Assembly (NCBI GenBank): GCA_965279375.1
Contig: OZ257156.1
Location: 256,001 to 320,000, forward strand
Origin: Gemmatimonas sp.
GTDB taxonomy: Bacteria > Gemmatimonadota > Gemmatimonadetes > Gemmatimonadales > Gemmatimonadaceae
Length of the DNA stretch: 64,000 nucleotides
Reading direction: 5' to 3'
The translations under genes and the position numbers were made by a program. Under the pieces are notes generated by a model, which saw nothing but the letters and a program-made list of their open reading frames with translations, did not search any database and was not told where the DNA came from. Positions 36,201 through 45,251 of the stretch are shown here, piece by piece. Within the stretch, counting starts at the first letter, position 1, and each line of letters opens with the position of its first letter.

Positions 36201-37106
36201 TCACGCCGCGGTGCGGTCCTCGGACAGCGCGCGCAGCCGCTCCACCGATTGCACATCCCACAGGTCCGGGCTGTCGTCGTCGTCCGCCACGTCGGGATTG
36301 GCCTGCGGCGTTTCGAGAATCAACGGGATGTCCTGCGCGCGACGATCCTGCAGCAACCAGCCGAACGGCGCCGCGCCGATCAGCCCCTCGCCAATCACCA
36401 TGTGGCGATCGCGGTTGGAGCCGAGTGCCCCTTCGCTGTCGTTCAGATGGAGAAACGCGGGCGGTTCTCCCGTCGCCGCTTCGAATGCATCCAGCACCTC
36501 GGCCTGCGCCGCACGCGACGTACCGATGGGAAAGCCCGACGCGAACAGATGGCAGGTATCGAGCCCGTATCCGGTGCGCGCGCGCTGCTCGGCGGGGATG
36601 CACGCGAGCATCGCGGCGACTTCGGCCGGAGTCTTTCCCATGGTGGTGCCGGCGCCCGCCGTGTTCTCGATGAGCAGGCGCGTACGTCCCTCGGGCACGG
36701 CCGCGAGTGCGCGGCGCATCGCTTCGCCTATGCGGAGAATCGCCGCGTCGCGATCGCCGTCGGTGGCCGCGCCAGGATGAAAGCAGACGCCGCCCACGCC
36801 GAGCGCGGTCGAGCGTTCGAACTCCTTGGCGAGTCCTGCGGCCGCGCGTTCCCACTTCTCCGGCTCCGGTGTGCCGCAGTTGAGCACGTACGCCGCGTGC
36901 ACGATGACATGCTGCGGCTGAATGCCGGCGACGCCCAGCGCCTCATGGAAGCGCGCGACGCGGTCGGGCTTCACGCTCACCTTGTCATTGTAGAACTTCG
37001 GGACCGCCGAGAAGATCTGCAGCGCCGACATTCCCGATCGACCGGCGCGACGCGCCGCCATGGGAATGCCACCGTTGTCGATGCAGTGCGCGCCGATGTA
37101 GAGCAT
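36201..37106 (-). CDS. nfo: Endonuclease IV (AP endonuclease 2)
   Basis: IGAH, QIF, HAAYVLN, FHPG, IENTAG, LDTCHLFASG, HLNDS, NRDRH..IGEG, ILETP. Confidence 0.92.
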   Translation of the reverse strand: MLYIGAHCIDNGGIPMAARRAGRSGMSALQIFSAVPKFYNDKVSVKPDRVARFHEALGVAGIQPQHVIVHAAYVLNCGTPEPEKWERAAAGLAKEFERSTALGVGGVCFHPGAATDGDRDAAILRIGEAMRRALAAVPEGRTRLLIENTAGAGTTMGKTPAEVAAMLACIPAEQRARTGYGLDTCHLFASGFPIGTSRAAQAEVLDAFEAATGEPPAFLHLNDSEGALGSNRDRHMVIGEGLIGAAPFGWLLQDRRAQDIPLILETPQANPDVADDDDSPDLWDVQSVERLRALSEDRTAA

Positions 37107-37134
37107 GTGCGGAGAGGTTGGAGTTGCCGCTAAA

Positions 37135-38202
37135 CTATCGCACCGTCGCGCGACGCACGCGAAAGAGCGGTTCGCCGCCGCCCGACGGCGTCTCGCTCCA
37201 CCCGACGATCACCGCGCGACCACGCGCCGCCACGTAGGGGTCGCGCGCGTTGGCGATCGCGCTGCTGGCGATGATGCGGTCTTCGAACAGGTGCCCCGAG
37301 GTGCGCGAAATGGCGAGCCCGATACGCGGCCGCTCACCACCGTTGGGGTCGTCATACGCAATCGCGACGACATCGCCCGAGACGGCGACCCGCACCGCGC
37401 CCAATCGCTCGCCGTACACGATCGCCTGCGGGGCTTCGAAGCTGGCGCGCGGGTCCATCTGATGCGCGTAGAACACACCCGGCCCTTCCGGCCCGGTGAG
37501 TGCGTAGCCGACGTGCACGTAGCCGTGCGCATCGTCCACGACGATACTGGCCGCATCGCGCGCGCATCCGGCCGCGCCACGCATCCCCGCCTGCGCATCG
37601 CCCGGCCCCTGGTCGAGCGAGTCCACGATGATCGGGCCGCGCCATGCCCCCAGTTTGGATTCCGTCACGAGTGTATCGCGCCACGCTGCCAGCAGCAGCA
37701 CGCGCCCACGTTCGCGACGCGACCACCAGACGGCCACGCGTCCACGACCCGGCACGAGCGCTTCACGTAACGACCGCGCGCACCGCACGCTGTCGATCGG
37801 TGCGTCCCCCTCGCCCATCGAGTTGGCGGGCGCCGGCGCGGTCATAACCATCCCCGCCATCGGCACCGGCACGACCTCCGCGGTTGCGCGCGATTCGTCC
37901 ATCGCCTGCAGTCGCGGCTCGAGCAGTGCACGCGCATTCGTTTCGCGCAGCACGTCCTGCAACCGCAGCAGTTCCGCCGTCGCCGACGTGTCGCGCATCG
38001 TCGAGTCGAACGCCACCATCGGCGGGTGCGACAGAGGCGACGGGTCTTCCGTTGCGACCGGCCGCTCGTCGACCCAGCTCACGGCGGGCTTCTCGCAGCC
38101 GGTGAGCGCCGCCAACGCCAGCGATGCAATCGCGACCGCCTTGGCGGTACGCACGAGGACGGAAGAGGGGGCTGCCAACGAAGGATGCACGGTACGAAGC
38201 AT
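37135..38202 (-). CDS. Hypothetical lipoprotein (possibly beta-propeller/BNR-like)
   Basis: Lipobox LTGC; repeated beta-strand motifs, SRTSGHLF (Asp-box-like). Confidence 0.65.
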   Translation of the reverse strand: MLRTVHPSLAAPSSVLVRTAKAVAIASLALAALTGCEKPAVSWVDERPVATEDPSPLSHPPMVAFDSTMRDTSATAELLRLQDVLRETNARALLEPRLQAMDESRATAEVVPVPMAGMVMTAPAPANSMGEGDAPIDSVRCARSLREALVPGRGRVAVWWSRRERGRVLLLAAWRDTLVTESKLGAWRGPIIVDSLDQGPGDAQAGMRGAAGCARDAASIVVDDAHGYVHVGYALTGPEGPGVFYAHQMDPRASFEAPQAIVYGERLGAVRVAVSGDVVAIAYDDPNGGERPRIGLAISRTSGHLFEDRIIASSAIANARDPYVAARGRAVIVGWSETPSGGGEPLFRVRRATVR

Positions 38203-38320
38203 GTGCCAACGCTAGTCGGCGGACCATGCTACGGAGAAGCGGTCGGAACGCTAGCTTTCGCGGGCGACGGGTCGTCTCGTGCGGACCCGAGCCCAACTCT
38301 TGCCATTCGGAGATCCGCTG

Positions 38321-39964
38321 ATGTCCTTCGCCGCTTTCGACGGCTTGCGTCGTGTGCCACCGGCCGTGAACGAACCCATTCGCTCGTACGCGCCCAACTC
38401 CCCCGAGCGCGCGTCGCTCAAGCGTCGGCTGGCGCAGATGGCCGCCGAGCAGGTCGAGATTCCGATCGTGATCGGTGGCCGTCGCATTCATACGGGCGAC
38501 GTCTCCACGGTCACGATGCCCTGCGACCACCAGCACGTCTTGGCCACCTTCCACAAGGCCACGCCGGAACTCGCACAGGAAGCGATCGCCTCCTGCGCGG
38601 CCGCATCCAAGGAATGGGCCTCGTGGCGCTGGGAAGACCGCGCCGCGGTGTTCCTGCGCGCTGCCGAACTGCTGACGACCACTTGGCGCGACACGCTCAA
38701 CGCGGCCACGATGCTCGGGCAGGCCAAGACGGTGCATCAGGCGGAAATCGATTCGGCCTGCGAGCTCATCGACTTCTGGCGCTTCAACGTGCAGTTCGCG
38801 CAGGAGCTGTACACCGAGCAGCCGATCGCCGATCACTCGATGTGGAACCAGCTCGAGTTCCGTCCGCTCGAAGGATTCGTCTACGCGGTGACGCCGTTCA
38901 ACTTCACGGCCATCGGCGGCAACCTCCCCGGCGCGCCCGCGCTCATGGGCAACACGGTGCTCTGGAAGCCCGCCGCCACGGCCATGCTGTCGGCATGGTA
39001 CGTCTATCAGATCCTCGAAGAAGCGGGGCTGCCGCCGGGCGTCATCAACTTCGTCCCGGGCGACGCCGCCGCGATCTCCAAGGTCGCGCTCGAACACCGC
39101 GATCTCGCCGGCGTGCACTTCACCGGCTCCACGGCTGTCTTCAACAGCATGTGGGAGACGATCGGCCGCAACATGAACAACTATCGCTCGTACCCGCGCA
39201 TCGTCGGCGAAACGGGCGGCAAGGACTTCATCGTTGCGCACCCGAGCGCCGACCCGCAGGCACTGGCCGTCGGCATGGTCCGTGGCGCCTTCGAATATCA
39301 GGGGCAAAAATGCTCGGCGGCCAGCCGCGCGTATGTGCCGGCGTCACTCTGGCCAACGGTCAAGGAACGCTGCGTCGAGATGATGCAGGAGATGAAGCAG
39401 GGCGACGTGCGCGACTTCCGGAACTTCGTCGCCGCCGTCATCGACCAGAAGGCGTTCAATCGCATCAAGGGCTACCTCGACGACGCGAAGACGAACCCGA
39501 CGTCCACGATCATCGCTGGCGGTGGCTACGATGACTCCAAGGGCTGGTTCGTTGAGCCGACGATCGTCGAGACAACGGACCCGAAGCATCGCATGCTCTG
39601 CGAAGAGATCTTCGGCCCGGTGCTGACGGTGCATGTCTACGACGACGCCAAGTGGCACGAAACCCTGGCGCTGGTGGACAGCACGTCGCCGTACGCACTC
39701 ACCGGTGCAGTGTTCTCGCGCGATCGCCAGGGCGTGCGTGACGCATCCAGCGCACTACGCCAGTCGGCCGGCAACTTCTACATCAACGACAAGCCGACCG
39801 GCGCCGTCGTTGGGCAGCAGCCGTTCGGTGGTGCACGCGCCTCGGGCACCAACGACAAGGCAGGCTCCAAGCTCAACCTGCAGCGGTGGGTGAGCGCGCG
39901 CACAATCAAGGAAACCTTCGTCTCGCCGACGGACTGGCAGTACCCGTTCCTGGGGGCGGAGTGA
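38321..39964 (+). CDS. pruA: L-glutamate gamma-semialdehyde (P5C) dehydrogenase
   Basis: NEPIRSYAP, RPLEGFVYAVTPFNFTAI, FTGST, GETGGKDF, FEYQGQKCSA, EEIFGP, QPFGGARASGTNDKAGS. Confidence 0.95.
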   Translation: MSFAAFDGLRRVPPAVNEPIRSYAPNSPERASLKRRLAQMAAEQVEIPIVIGGRRIHTGDVSTVTMPCDHQHVLATFHKATPELAQEAIASCAAASKEWASWRWEDRAAVFLRAAELLTTTWRDTLNAATMLGQAKTVHQAEIDSACELIDFWRFNVQFAQELYTEQPIADHSMWNQLEFRPLEGFVYAVTPFNFTAIGGNLPGAPALMGNTVLWKPAATAMLSAWYVYQILEEAGLPPGVINFVPGDAAAISKVALEHRDLAGVHFTGSTAVFNSMWETIGRNMNNYRSYPRIVGETGGKDFIVAHPSADPQALAVGMVRGAFEYQGQKCSAASRAYVPASLWPTVKERCVEMMQEMKQGDVRDFRNFVAAVIDQKAFNRIKGYLDDAKTNPTSTIIAGGGYDDSKGWFVEPTIVETTDPKHRMLCEEIFGPVLTVHVYDDAKWHETLALVDSTSPYALTGAVFSRDRQGVRDASSALRQSAGNFYINDKPTGAVVGQQPFGGARASGTNDKAGSKLNLQRWVSARTIKETFVSPTDWQYPFLGAE

Positions 39965-40905
39965 CCCAACGCACCCTGCGGTATTTCACGGCGGACGTTT
40001 TCACGACAGCGCCGTTCACGGGCAATCAGTTGGCGATCGTCTTTGGCGCCGAAGGATTATCCACGGAAACGCTGCAGGCAGTCACGCGCGAGTTCAATTA
40101 CTCGGAGACGTCGTTCGTCTTCGCACCGGAAGACCCGTCGCACACGCGGCGGGTCCGCATCTTCACGCCGGAGGAGGAACTCCCCTTCGCCGGCCATCCC
40201 ACTATCGGCACCGCGCATGCGCTCGTGGCGTCGGGTGAAGTGCCCGTGGTCGGTGATGAGGTGACGATCGTGTTGGGCGAGGGCGTCGGCCCCGTGCCCG
40301 TGCGCATTCGCCTCGAACACGGCGTTCCGGTTCACGCACAGTTCACCACGGCCAAGTTGCCGACCGAGCGCACGCCGGCCACCACGCTGGCGCAGTTCGC
40401 CGAAATGCTGTCGCTCGAGGTGAGCGATCTCGTGGGCGGCCCGCACGCGCCGGCCATCGTGGATGCGGGCATTCCGTGGTTAGTCGTGCCGCTCGCCAGC
40501 ACCGATGCGGTCCGTCGTGCACGCGTGCGGGTCGATGCGGTGGAGCAGCATCTCCCGGGACGCGACGGAAAGTTCTGGTTCGTCTTTGCCATGGCCAATG
40601 GCGAGGTCGATGCCAGCGCGCCCGAGCACGTGCAGGGGACCGACATTCGCTCGCGAGCCTTCCTGCCCGGAGCCGCCGTACCGGAAGATCCCGCCACGGG
40701 ATCGGCCAACGCGTGCCTTGCCGGCTATCTCGCCGCGCGCACGCCGCGCGATGGTGTGCTCACGTGGGAAGTAGCGCAGGGCGTCGAGATGGGGCGCGCC
40801 AGCCGATTGTCCATCGAGGCGGTCAAGCAGCAGGGCGTCATCACCGCTGTCCGCGTGGGCGGCTCGACGGTAATGATTACCGAAGGCGTGATGACCCTCC
40901 GCTAG
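39961..40905 (+). CDS. PhzF-family isomerase/epimerase
   Basis: GTGA overlap with pruA; DVFT..PFTGNQLA, NYSETSF, RIFTPEEELPFAGHPTIG, EDPATGSA, QGVEMGR. Confidence 0.9.
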   Translation: MTQRTLRYFTADVFTTAPFTGNQLAIVFGAEGLSTETLQAVTREFNYSETSFVFAPEDPSHTRRVRIFTPEEELPFAGHPTIGTAHALVASGEVPVVGDEVTIVLGEGVGPVPVRIRLEHGVPVHAQFTTAKLPTERTPATTLAQFAEMLSLEVSDLVGGPHAPAIVDAGIPWLVVPLASTDAVRRARVRVDAVEQHLPGRDGKFWFVFAMANGEVDASAPEHVQGTDIRSRAFLPGAAVPEDPATGSANACLAGYLAARTPRDGVLTWEVAQGVEMGRASRLSIEAVKQQGVITAVRVGGSTVMITEGVMTLR

Positions 40906-42250
40906 CGGCCGGTGCGCCGCCGCCGATCAGCGGCGGCGCACCACCGCTGACACCACTATTGATCGGCGGAAACGCGCCGGAGCGCAGCGTCGCGAATTCG
41001 CCGGACGCACCGAGGCGCAACGCTTCCAATCCGTGCGACCACAACACCACGCGATTGCGCCCACTGCGCTTGGCGGCGTACAGCGCTTCGTCGGCACGGG
41101 CGCGCAGATCCTCAGTCATGCCGTCGTCGGGTACCGCATCGGCCACCACGCCCACGCTCACGGTCACCCGCACCTTGCGCGGTCTCGGCTCCGCAAAGCT
41201 CCGACGCTCGAACGCCTCGACGATTCGGTTGGCCAGATGCATCGCGCCATCGGCCCGCGTGTCGGGCGACAGCACGACGAACTCCTCGCCGCCCGTGCGC
41301 GCCACGACATCCCCCGCTCGCGCCGTGGACCGCAACAGCGCGCCGGCCTCCGCGATGACCTGATCGCCCACGAGATGGCCGTAGGTATCGTTGATCTTCT
41401 TGAAGTAGTCGAGATCGATGGCAAGGAGCGCGATGTGCGTGTGCGCACGCGCGGCCCGCGAGACTTCGCGGCGCAACTGCTGGTCGAAGCCGCGTCGATT
41501 GAGGCAACCCGACAGCGGATCGGTAAGCACTATCGAGGCGAGCTGCGTGCGCATGCGATTGTAGGCACGCCCGACAACGGTGATGGCATCCGGGCGCCGG
41601 TCGCTCGCAACGTCATACGTCGCAGAAAAATCGCCCTCCTCCGCCTGCTCGAAGATCGTGACGAGGGAGCCGAGTCTCTCGTGCAACGTACTCTGCACGA
41701 GTACCACGAGCATGGCGCCCACGCTGAACATCCCCAGCGTGATGATCACCTCGTTCCACTCGAGCGCTGCGCCGTGTGCGATGGCCAGGTCGTTGATCAA
41801 CAGATAGCTCGACGCGATCGCGGCGATCAGCAGCAACGCCGGCGTTCGTCCGAAGTACACGTGCGTGAGCTGCAGCGAAAAAAGCGCGATCAGCAGCGCG
41901 CGATCGTAGTCCTCCGGTCGCGCGACCAGGAACATCAGCCAGAACACCACGCCGAGATCGGCGACGACCATCAGCGTGGCCACGGCGCGACTGGCGCGAC
42001 GCGTGGTGTGTACGAGTCGACGGATGCCCAGCACGAGGGCGAGGTACGTCAGGCTGACGGCGACGAGGATCCACTCCGCGGCGTTTGCCACGAGCGTCGC
42101 GTCAGCGACGGGCGAGAGCGTCAGGATTCCCGCCGTGCGAAAGAGCACGGCGACGACCAAAGCGCAGAACGCCAGCACCACCCGGTAGCCGGTCTGCCAT
42201 AGCAACGCATCCGCGTTGCCCTGCTCATAGCGGCTGTTGTCGGTGACCAT
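40877..42250 (-). CDS. Membrane-bound diguanylate cyclase (GGDEF)
   Basis: Several TM helices, a HAMP-like linker, TDPLSGCLNRR, DLDYFKKINDTYGHLVGD, RAGD I-site, RTGGEEF, ADEALYAAKRSGRNR; GGAGG SD before ATG 42250. Confidence 0.9.
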   Translation of the reverse strand: MVTDNSRYEQGNADALLWQTGYRVVLAFCALVVAVLFRTAGILTLSPVADATLVANAAEWILVAVSLTYLALVLGIRRLVHTTRRASRAVATLMVVADLGVVFWLMFLVARPEDYDRALLIALFSLQLTHVYFGRTPALLLIAAIASSYLLINDLAIAHGAALEWNEVIITLGMFSVGAMLVVLVQSTLHERLGSLVTIFEQAEEGDFSATYDVASDRRPDAITVVGRAYNRMRTQLASIVLTDPLSGCLNRRGFDQQLRREVSRAARAHTHIALLAIDLDYFKKINDTYGHLVGDQVIAEAGALLRSTARAGDVVARTGGEEFVVLSPDTRADGAMHLANRIVEAFERRSFAEPRPRKVRVTVSVGVVADAVPDDGMTEDLRARADEALYAAKRSGRNRVVLWSHGLEALRLGASGEFATLRSGAFPPINSGVSGGAPPLIGGGAPAASGGSSRLR

Positions 42251-42485
42251 TGCGTGAACCTCCGACATTGATGCTGCGCCGCGGGAGGCGGCTGTGCGCA
42301 CACATGGCTGTGCGCGCACCGACACTGCTGGATGATAAGCCTACGGCTCAGTCGGCAAGGCGTACCCGGCCGACGCACAGTGTTCTATACCACAATGTGA
42401 TGCACGTGGGCCGGCGACGAACTCAGCGTTGGCTGCCAGTACTCGCTCAGCGGCAATCGCTCGTTAGTCCGGATGCGGCTCGTGC

Positions 42486-45101
42486 TTAGATCGGTGCCTC
42501 GAAGTACAGATCGGTGCGCCATCCCTTGTTCGGATAGAGACCGCGCGCGAAGTCGAGACGGAACAGACCGTCGAGGAAACCGAAGCCAAATCCGGCGCCA
42601 CGCTGCGGTTGCGTCTTGCCGATCGCGTCACGATTGCCGGCCCAGCCCACGTCGAAGAAGCCGACGGGGCGGAACCACGGCGTCTTCGTGCCGATCTCCG
42701 CACGGGTCAACCAGAATGCGTTGCCATCCTGCGTACCGGGAATCTGTCCGCGCACCGTGCGCAGTCCGCCGACATACCACCGGCGCTGGAAGGGAACGCG
42801 TCCGGCCGAGCTGCCGAGGCTACCCGTGAGTGCGGTTGCGAATCGGCCGATCGGGCGCGTCGCCGTGCCCTCGAACGATGCACGCGCGTACTCGAACGTG
42901 CCCGTTCCCGCTTCGACGCGCGTCGAGGTCGTGAGTCGTAAGCGGCGCGGATCGGTACCGAACGCGCGCATATAGTTCGCCGACACACCGGTGATATTGG
43001 CCTTCTCCGAGGGGAAATTCTGACGGAAGCGCCTCTCGCCACCAAAGACGCGCGCGAACGAGAAGGTGTTCACGACATCCGAGTCGCCGGCGGTATACGA
43101 CCGCTCGACGAACAGGCGGTATTCCAGCGAACCGCGACGCATCTCGCGCTTCTCGCCCAGCTCCGCACCAAAGGCGCGATAGTAGAAGCCTTCATCACGG
43201 CCGAAGAGCAGCGCGGGCAACGACGGCCCCAATGTGAGCGCACCCGCCCACTCGGGATTCATGGCATTGAGCCGATGGTAGGCCGTTGCCGTCACCGTGC
43301 GTGCACCGTTGGAGCGCGCGACGGAAAACTCGCCGTTCAGGTGCCGATCGACATGTCCGATGCGACCGAGCGCGCTGAGCGTGTAGCCCGCCCCGAGGCT
43401 CTGTGTGACGGAGGCACCAAGCGAGAGCCCTTCGATGCGGTTGTAGCGCCAGAGATCGGCGCCCGTGTGGAACTTGGGCATCTGCGGCGCGAAGCCCGGC
43501 TGCAGCGAGAGGTCGAGCGCGCCAAGCAGTTCGTCGCGACTCTTCACATCGAACAGCTCTTCGTCAGGCGCGTAGGCCGGCGGCAACGCCGAGGATCTCG
43601 CCAGCTTGCCTCGCTCACAGGGCATTTCGTACGCGACGCGGAGTGCACCTTCATATCGCGTCTCGACGCGGGTGTAGACCGAGTCCTTCGCACACTGCGC
43701 ACGCTGCGCGCCGTTGAGTCCCCTGATGAACGTGGAGTCACGCCGGGCGAGCGAGGCGCTGTCGGTTTTTTCGCTGCCGCCAACGCCAACCGTTACCGAC
43801 TTCCGCGATTCCTCCGACGCGGGCAACGAATCGGATCGCACGCTGTCGCGGGGCGCCGGCCGGGCGGGCAACGCGGCCAGGCTGAAATCTCCGTTCACGT
43901 CTTCGTATGTGAACTTTTCATCGATCTGGATGGGCACGCGCATGAAGCCCATCTGGGCCGATGCAGTCGCACTGTTCTGCCTCGGCAACCAGAACTTGCC
44001 TCCGTACAGGCCATACTCCACCGAGATCGCGTCCAGCTTGGCCTTGGCAGGGCGGAAAGTCGCCTTCACCCACGCCGGTGGCTCATCGTCGCTGTTGGAG
44101 CCGGAGGCAGCACGTCGCGCGCGCTGCGTCGAGTCCTTCACGTACGTCTCTCGCGGCAGGTTGGCTCGCGCCAGCGAGTCGCGCACAACAGCGATGTCCT
44201 TGTTTTCGAGGGCATCGCGCTCGATCTCCTCGCTGGCGATGTCCCAAATGTCGATGTCCACGGCCAGTCGATATGCCGCACGGACCAGCTGTCCGCCGTC
44301 GCGATCGAACCAGAACGAGCCGACAAAGGTGCGCCAGCTCGGCGTGCGCGCAGTGATCTTGAGCTCACGCAGCTTGATGACGCGGCCACCGTCCAACTTG
44401 ATGTCGATCGAGTCGCCCGTGACGTAGCGATAGTAGGCTTCGGCACCACGAGCGATCGGATGAATCATCTCGCGTTCGTCGATGTCGGTCTTGGCTACGC
44501 CGAAGTTCGACGACGGAAACCAGAGCGACTCGCGCCCGGGGAAGTACGGAATGGACACGGCCTCCACCATGTCGCCGTCCACCTTGCTGGCCATCGGAAC
44601 GGTCATGCGCGATCCGATCGGCGTCACCCACACGCCTACGCCGCGCTTCCACGCGATCTTAGCCACGTTCTCACCGCGAAACAGCAGCTTTTCCATGCCG
44701 ACGCGGCGCACACCCAGCCCCACCGAGAAGCGATCTGTGGTCGTCGCGCGATACGCCGTCAGCGCACTGTCCTGCCGAATCCGAGCTTCGCGCGCCTTCT
44801 CGAGAATCGCCCGGGCCTCCGGGCTCCCGAATGCGGTCGTCGCTGCGGCCTCGGCTCGCACGCGTCGCGCGGTGCTGTCACCGCCCTGCCGTCGCCGCAC
44901 AATCGCCTGCGCATCTCGTCGCGATTGCCGCAGCGACTCACGTTCGGCGGAGGTCAGCGTGTCCGGCGGCGGAGCCTTTTGCGCGGCCGGCTGCCCTTTC
45001 GTCGCGGGGGCCTTGGGAGGCTGCTGCGCCGAGAGCGCAGGGAACGCGGAGAATGGCGCAGCGCCAAGCAGCAGAGCGATGAGACGAGAGGAGAGCGGCA
45101 C
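42486..45101 (-). CDS. Outer membrane protein with a C-terminal Omp85/BamA-like beta-barrel
   Basis: Signal peptide; RYNRIEG, YVGGLRTVRG, FFDVGWAG, G.GFGFG, RLDFARG, terminal YFEAPI. Start uncertain. Confidence 0.7.
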   Translation of the reverse strand: MPLSSRLIALLLGAAPFSAFPALSAQQPPKAPATKGQPAAQKAPPPDTLTSAERESLRQSRRDAQAIVRRRQGGDSTARRVRAEAAATTAFGSPEARAILEKAREARIRQDSALTAYRATTTDRFSVGLGVRRVGMEKLLFRGENVAKIAWKRGVGVWVTPIGSRMTVPMASKVDGDMVEAVSIPYFPGRESLWFPSSNFGVAKTDIDEREMIHPIARGAEAYYRYVTGDSIDIKLDGGRVIKLRELKITARTPSWRTFVGSFWFDRDGGQLVRAAYRLAVDIDIWDIASEEIERDALENKDIAVVRDSLARANLPRETYVKDSTQRARRAASGSNSDDEPPAWVKATFRPAKAKLDAISVEYGLYGGKFWLPRQNSATASAQMGFMRVPIQIDEKFTYEDVNGDFSLAALPARPAPRDSVRSDSLPASEESRKSVTVGVGGSEKTDSASLARRDSTFIRGLNGAQRAQCAKDSVYTRVETRYEGALRVAYEMPCERGKLARSSALPPAYAPDEELFDVKSRDELLGALDLSLQPGFAPQMPKFHTGADLWRYNRIEGLSLGASVTQSLGAGYTLSALGRIGHVDRHLNGEFSVARSNGARTVTATAYHRLNAMNPEWAGALTLGPSLPALLFGRDEGFYYRAFGAELGEKREMRRGSLEYRLFVERSYTAGDSDVVNTFSFARVFGGERRFRQNFPSEKANITGVSANYMRAFGTDPRRLRLTTSTRVEAGTGTFEYARASFEGTATRPIGRFATALTGSLGSSAGRVPFQRRWYVGGLRTVRGQIPGTQDGNAFWLTRAEIGTKTPWFRPVGFFDVGWAGNRDAIGKTQPQRGAGFGFGFLDGLFRLDFARGLYPNKGWRTDLYFEAPI

Positions 45102-45251
45102 TGGGTGTGGCCTGAGGAATCGGGGCGTTCGGTTCGGACGTCGCACCGTACGGGAGCCTCGGACTGACGGTTTCCTGCTGGACGAGACGCACCCGCAGCA
45201 TAACTTCGCGAGGTCGCTCGCACCGCACTTGCCACCCTACATCCCAGCCCG

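Noticed and set aside
35041..36855. 604-aa hydrolase with a long N-terminal extension
   Set aside because: The extension overlaps nfo in another frame; the credible start is 36183 or later.
39961..40905. Phenazine biosynthesis cluster
   Set aside because: Lone PhzF-family gene with no phzA/B/D/E/G neighbours.
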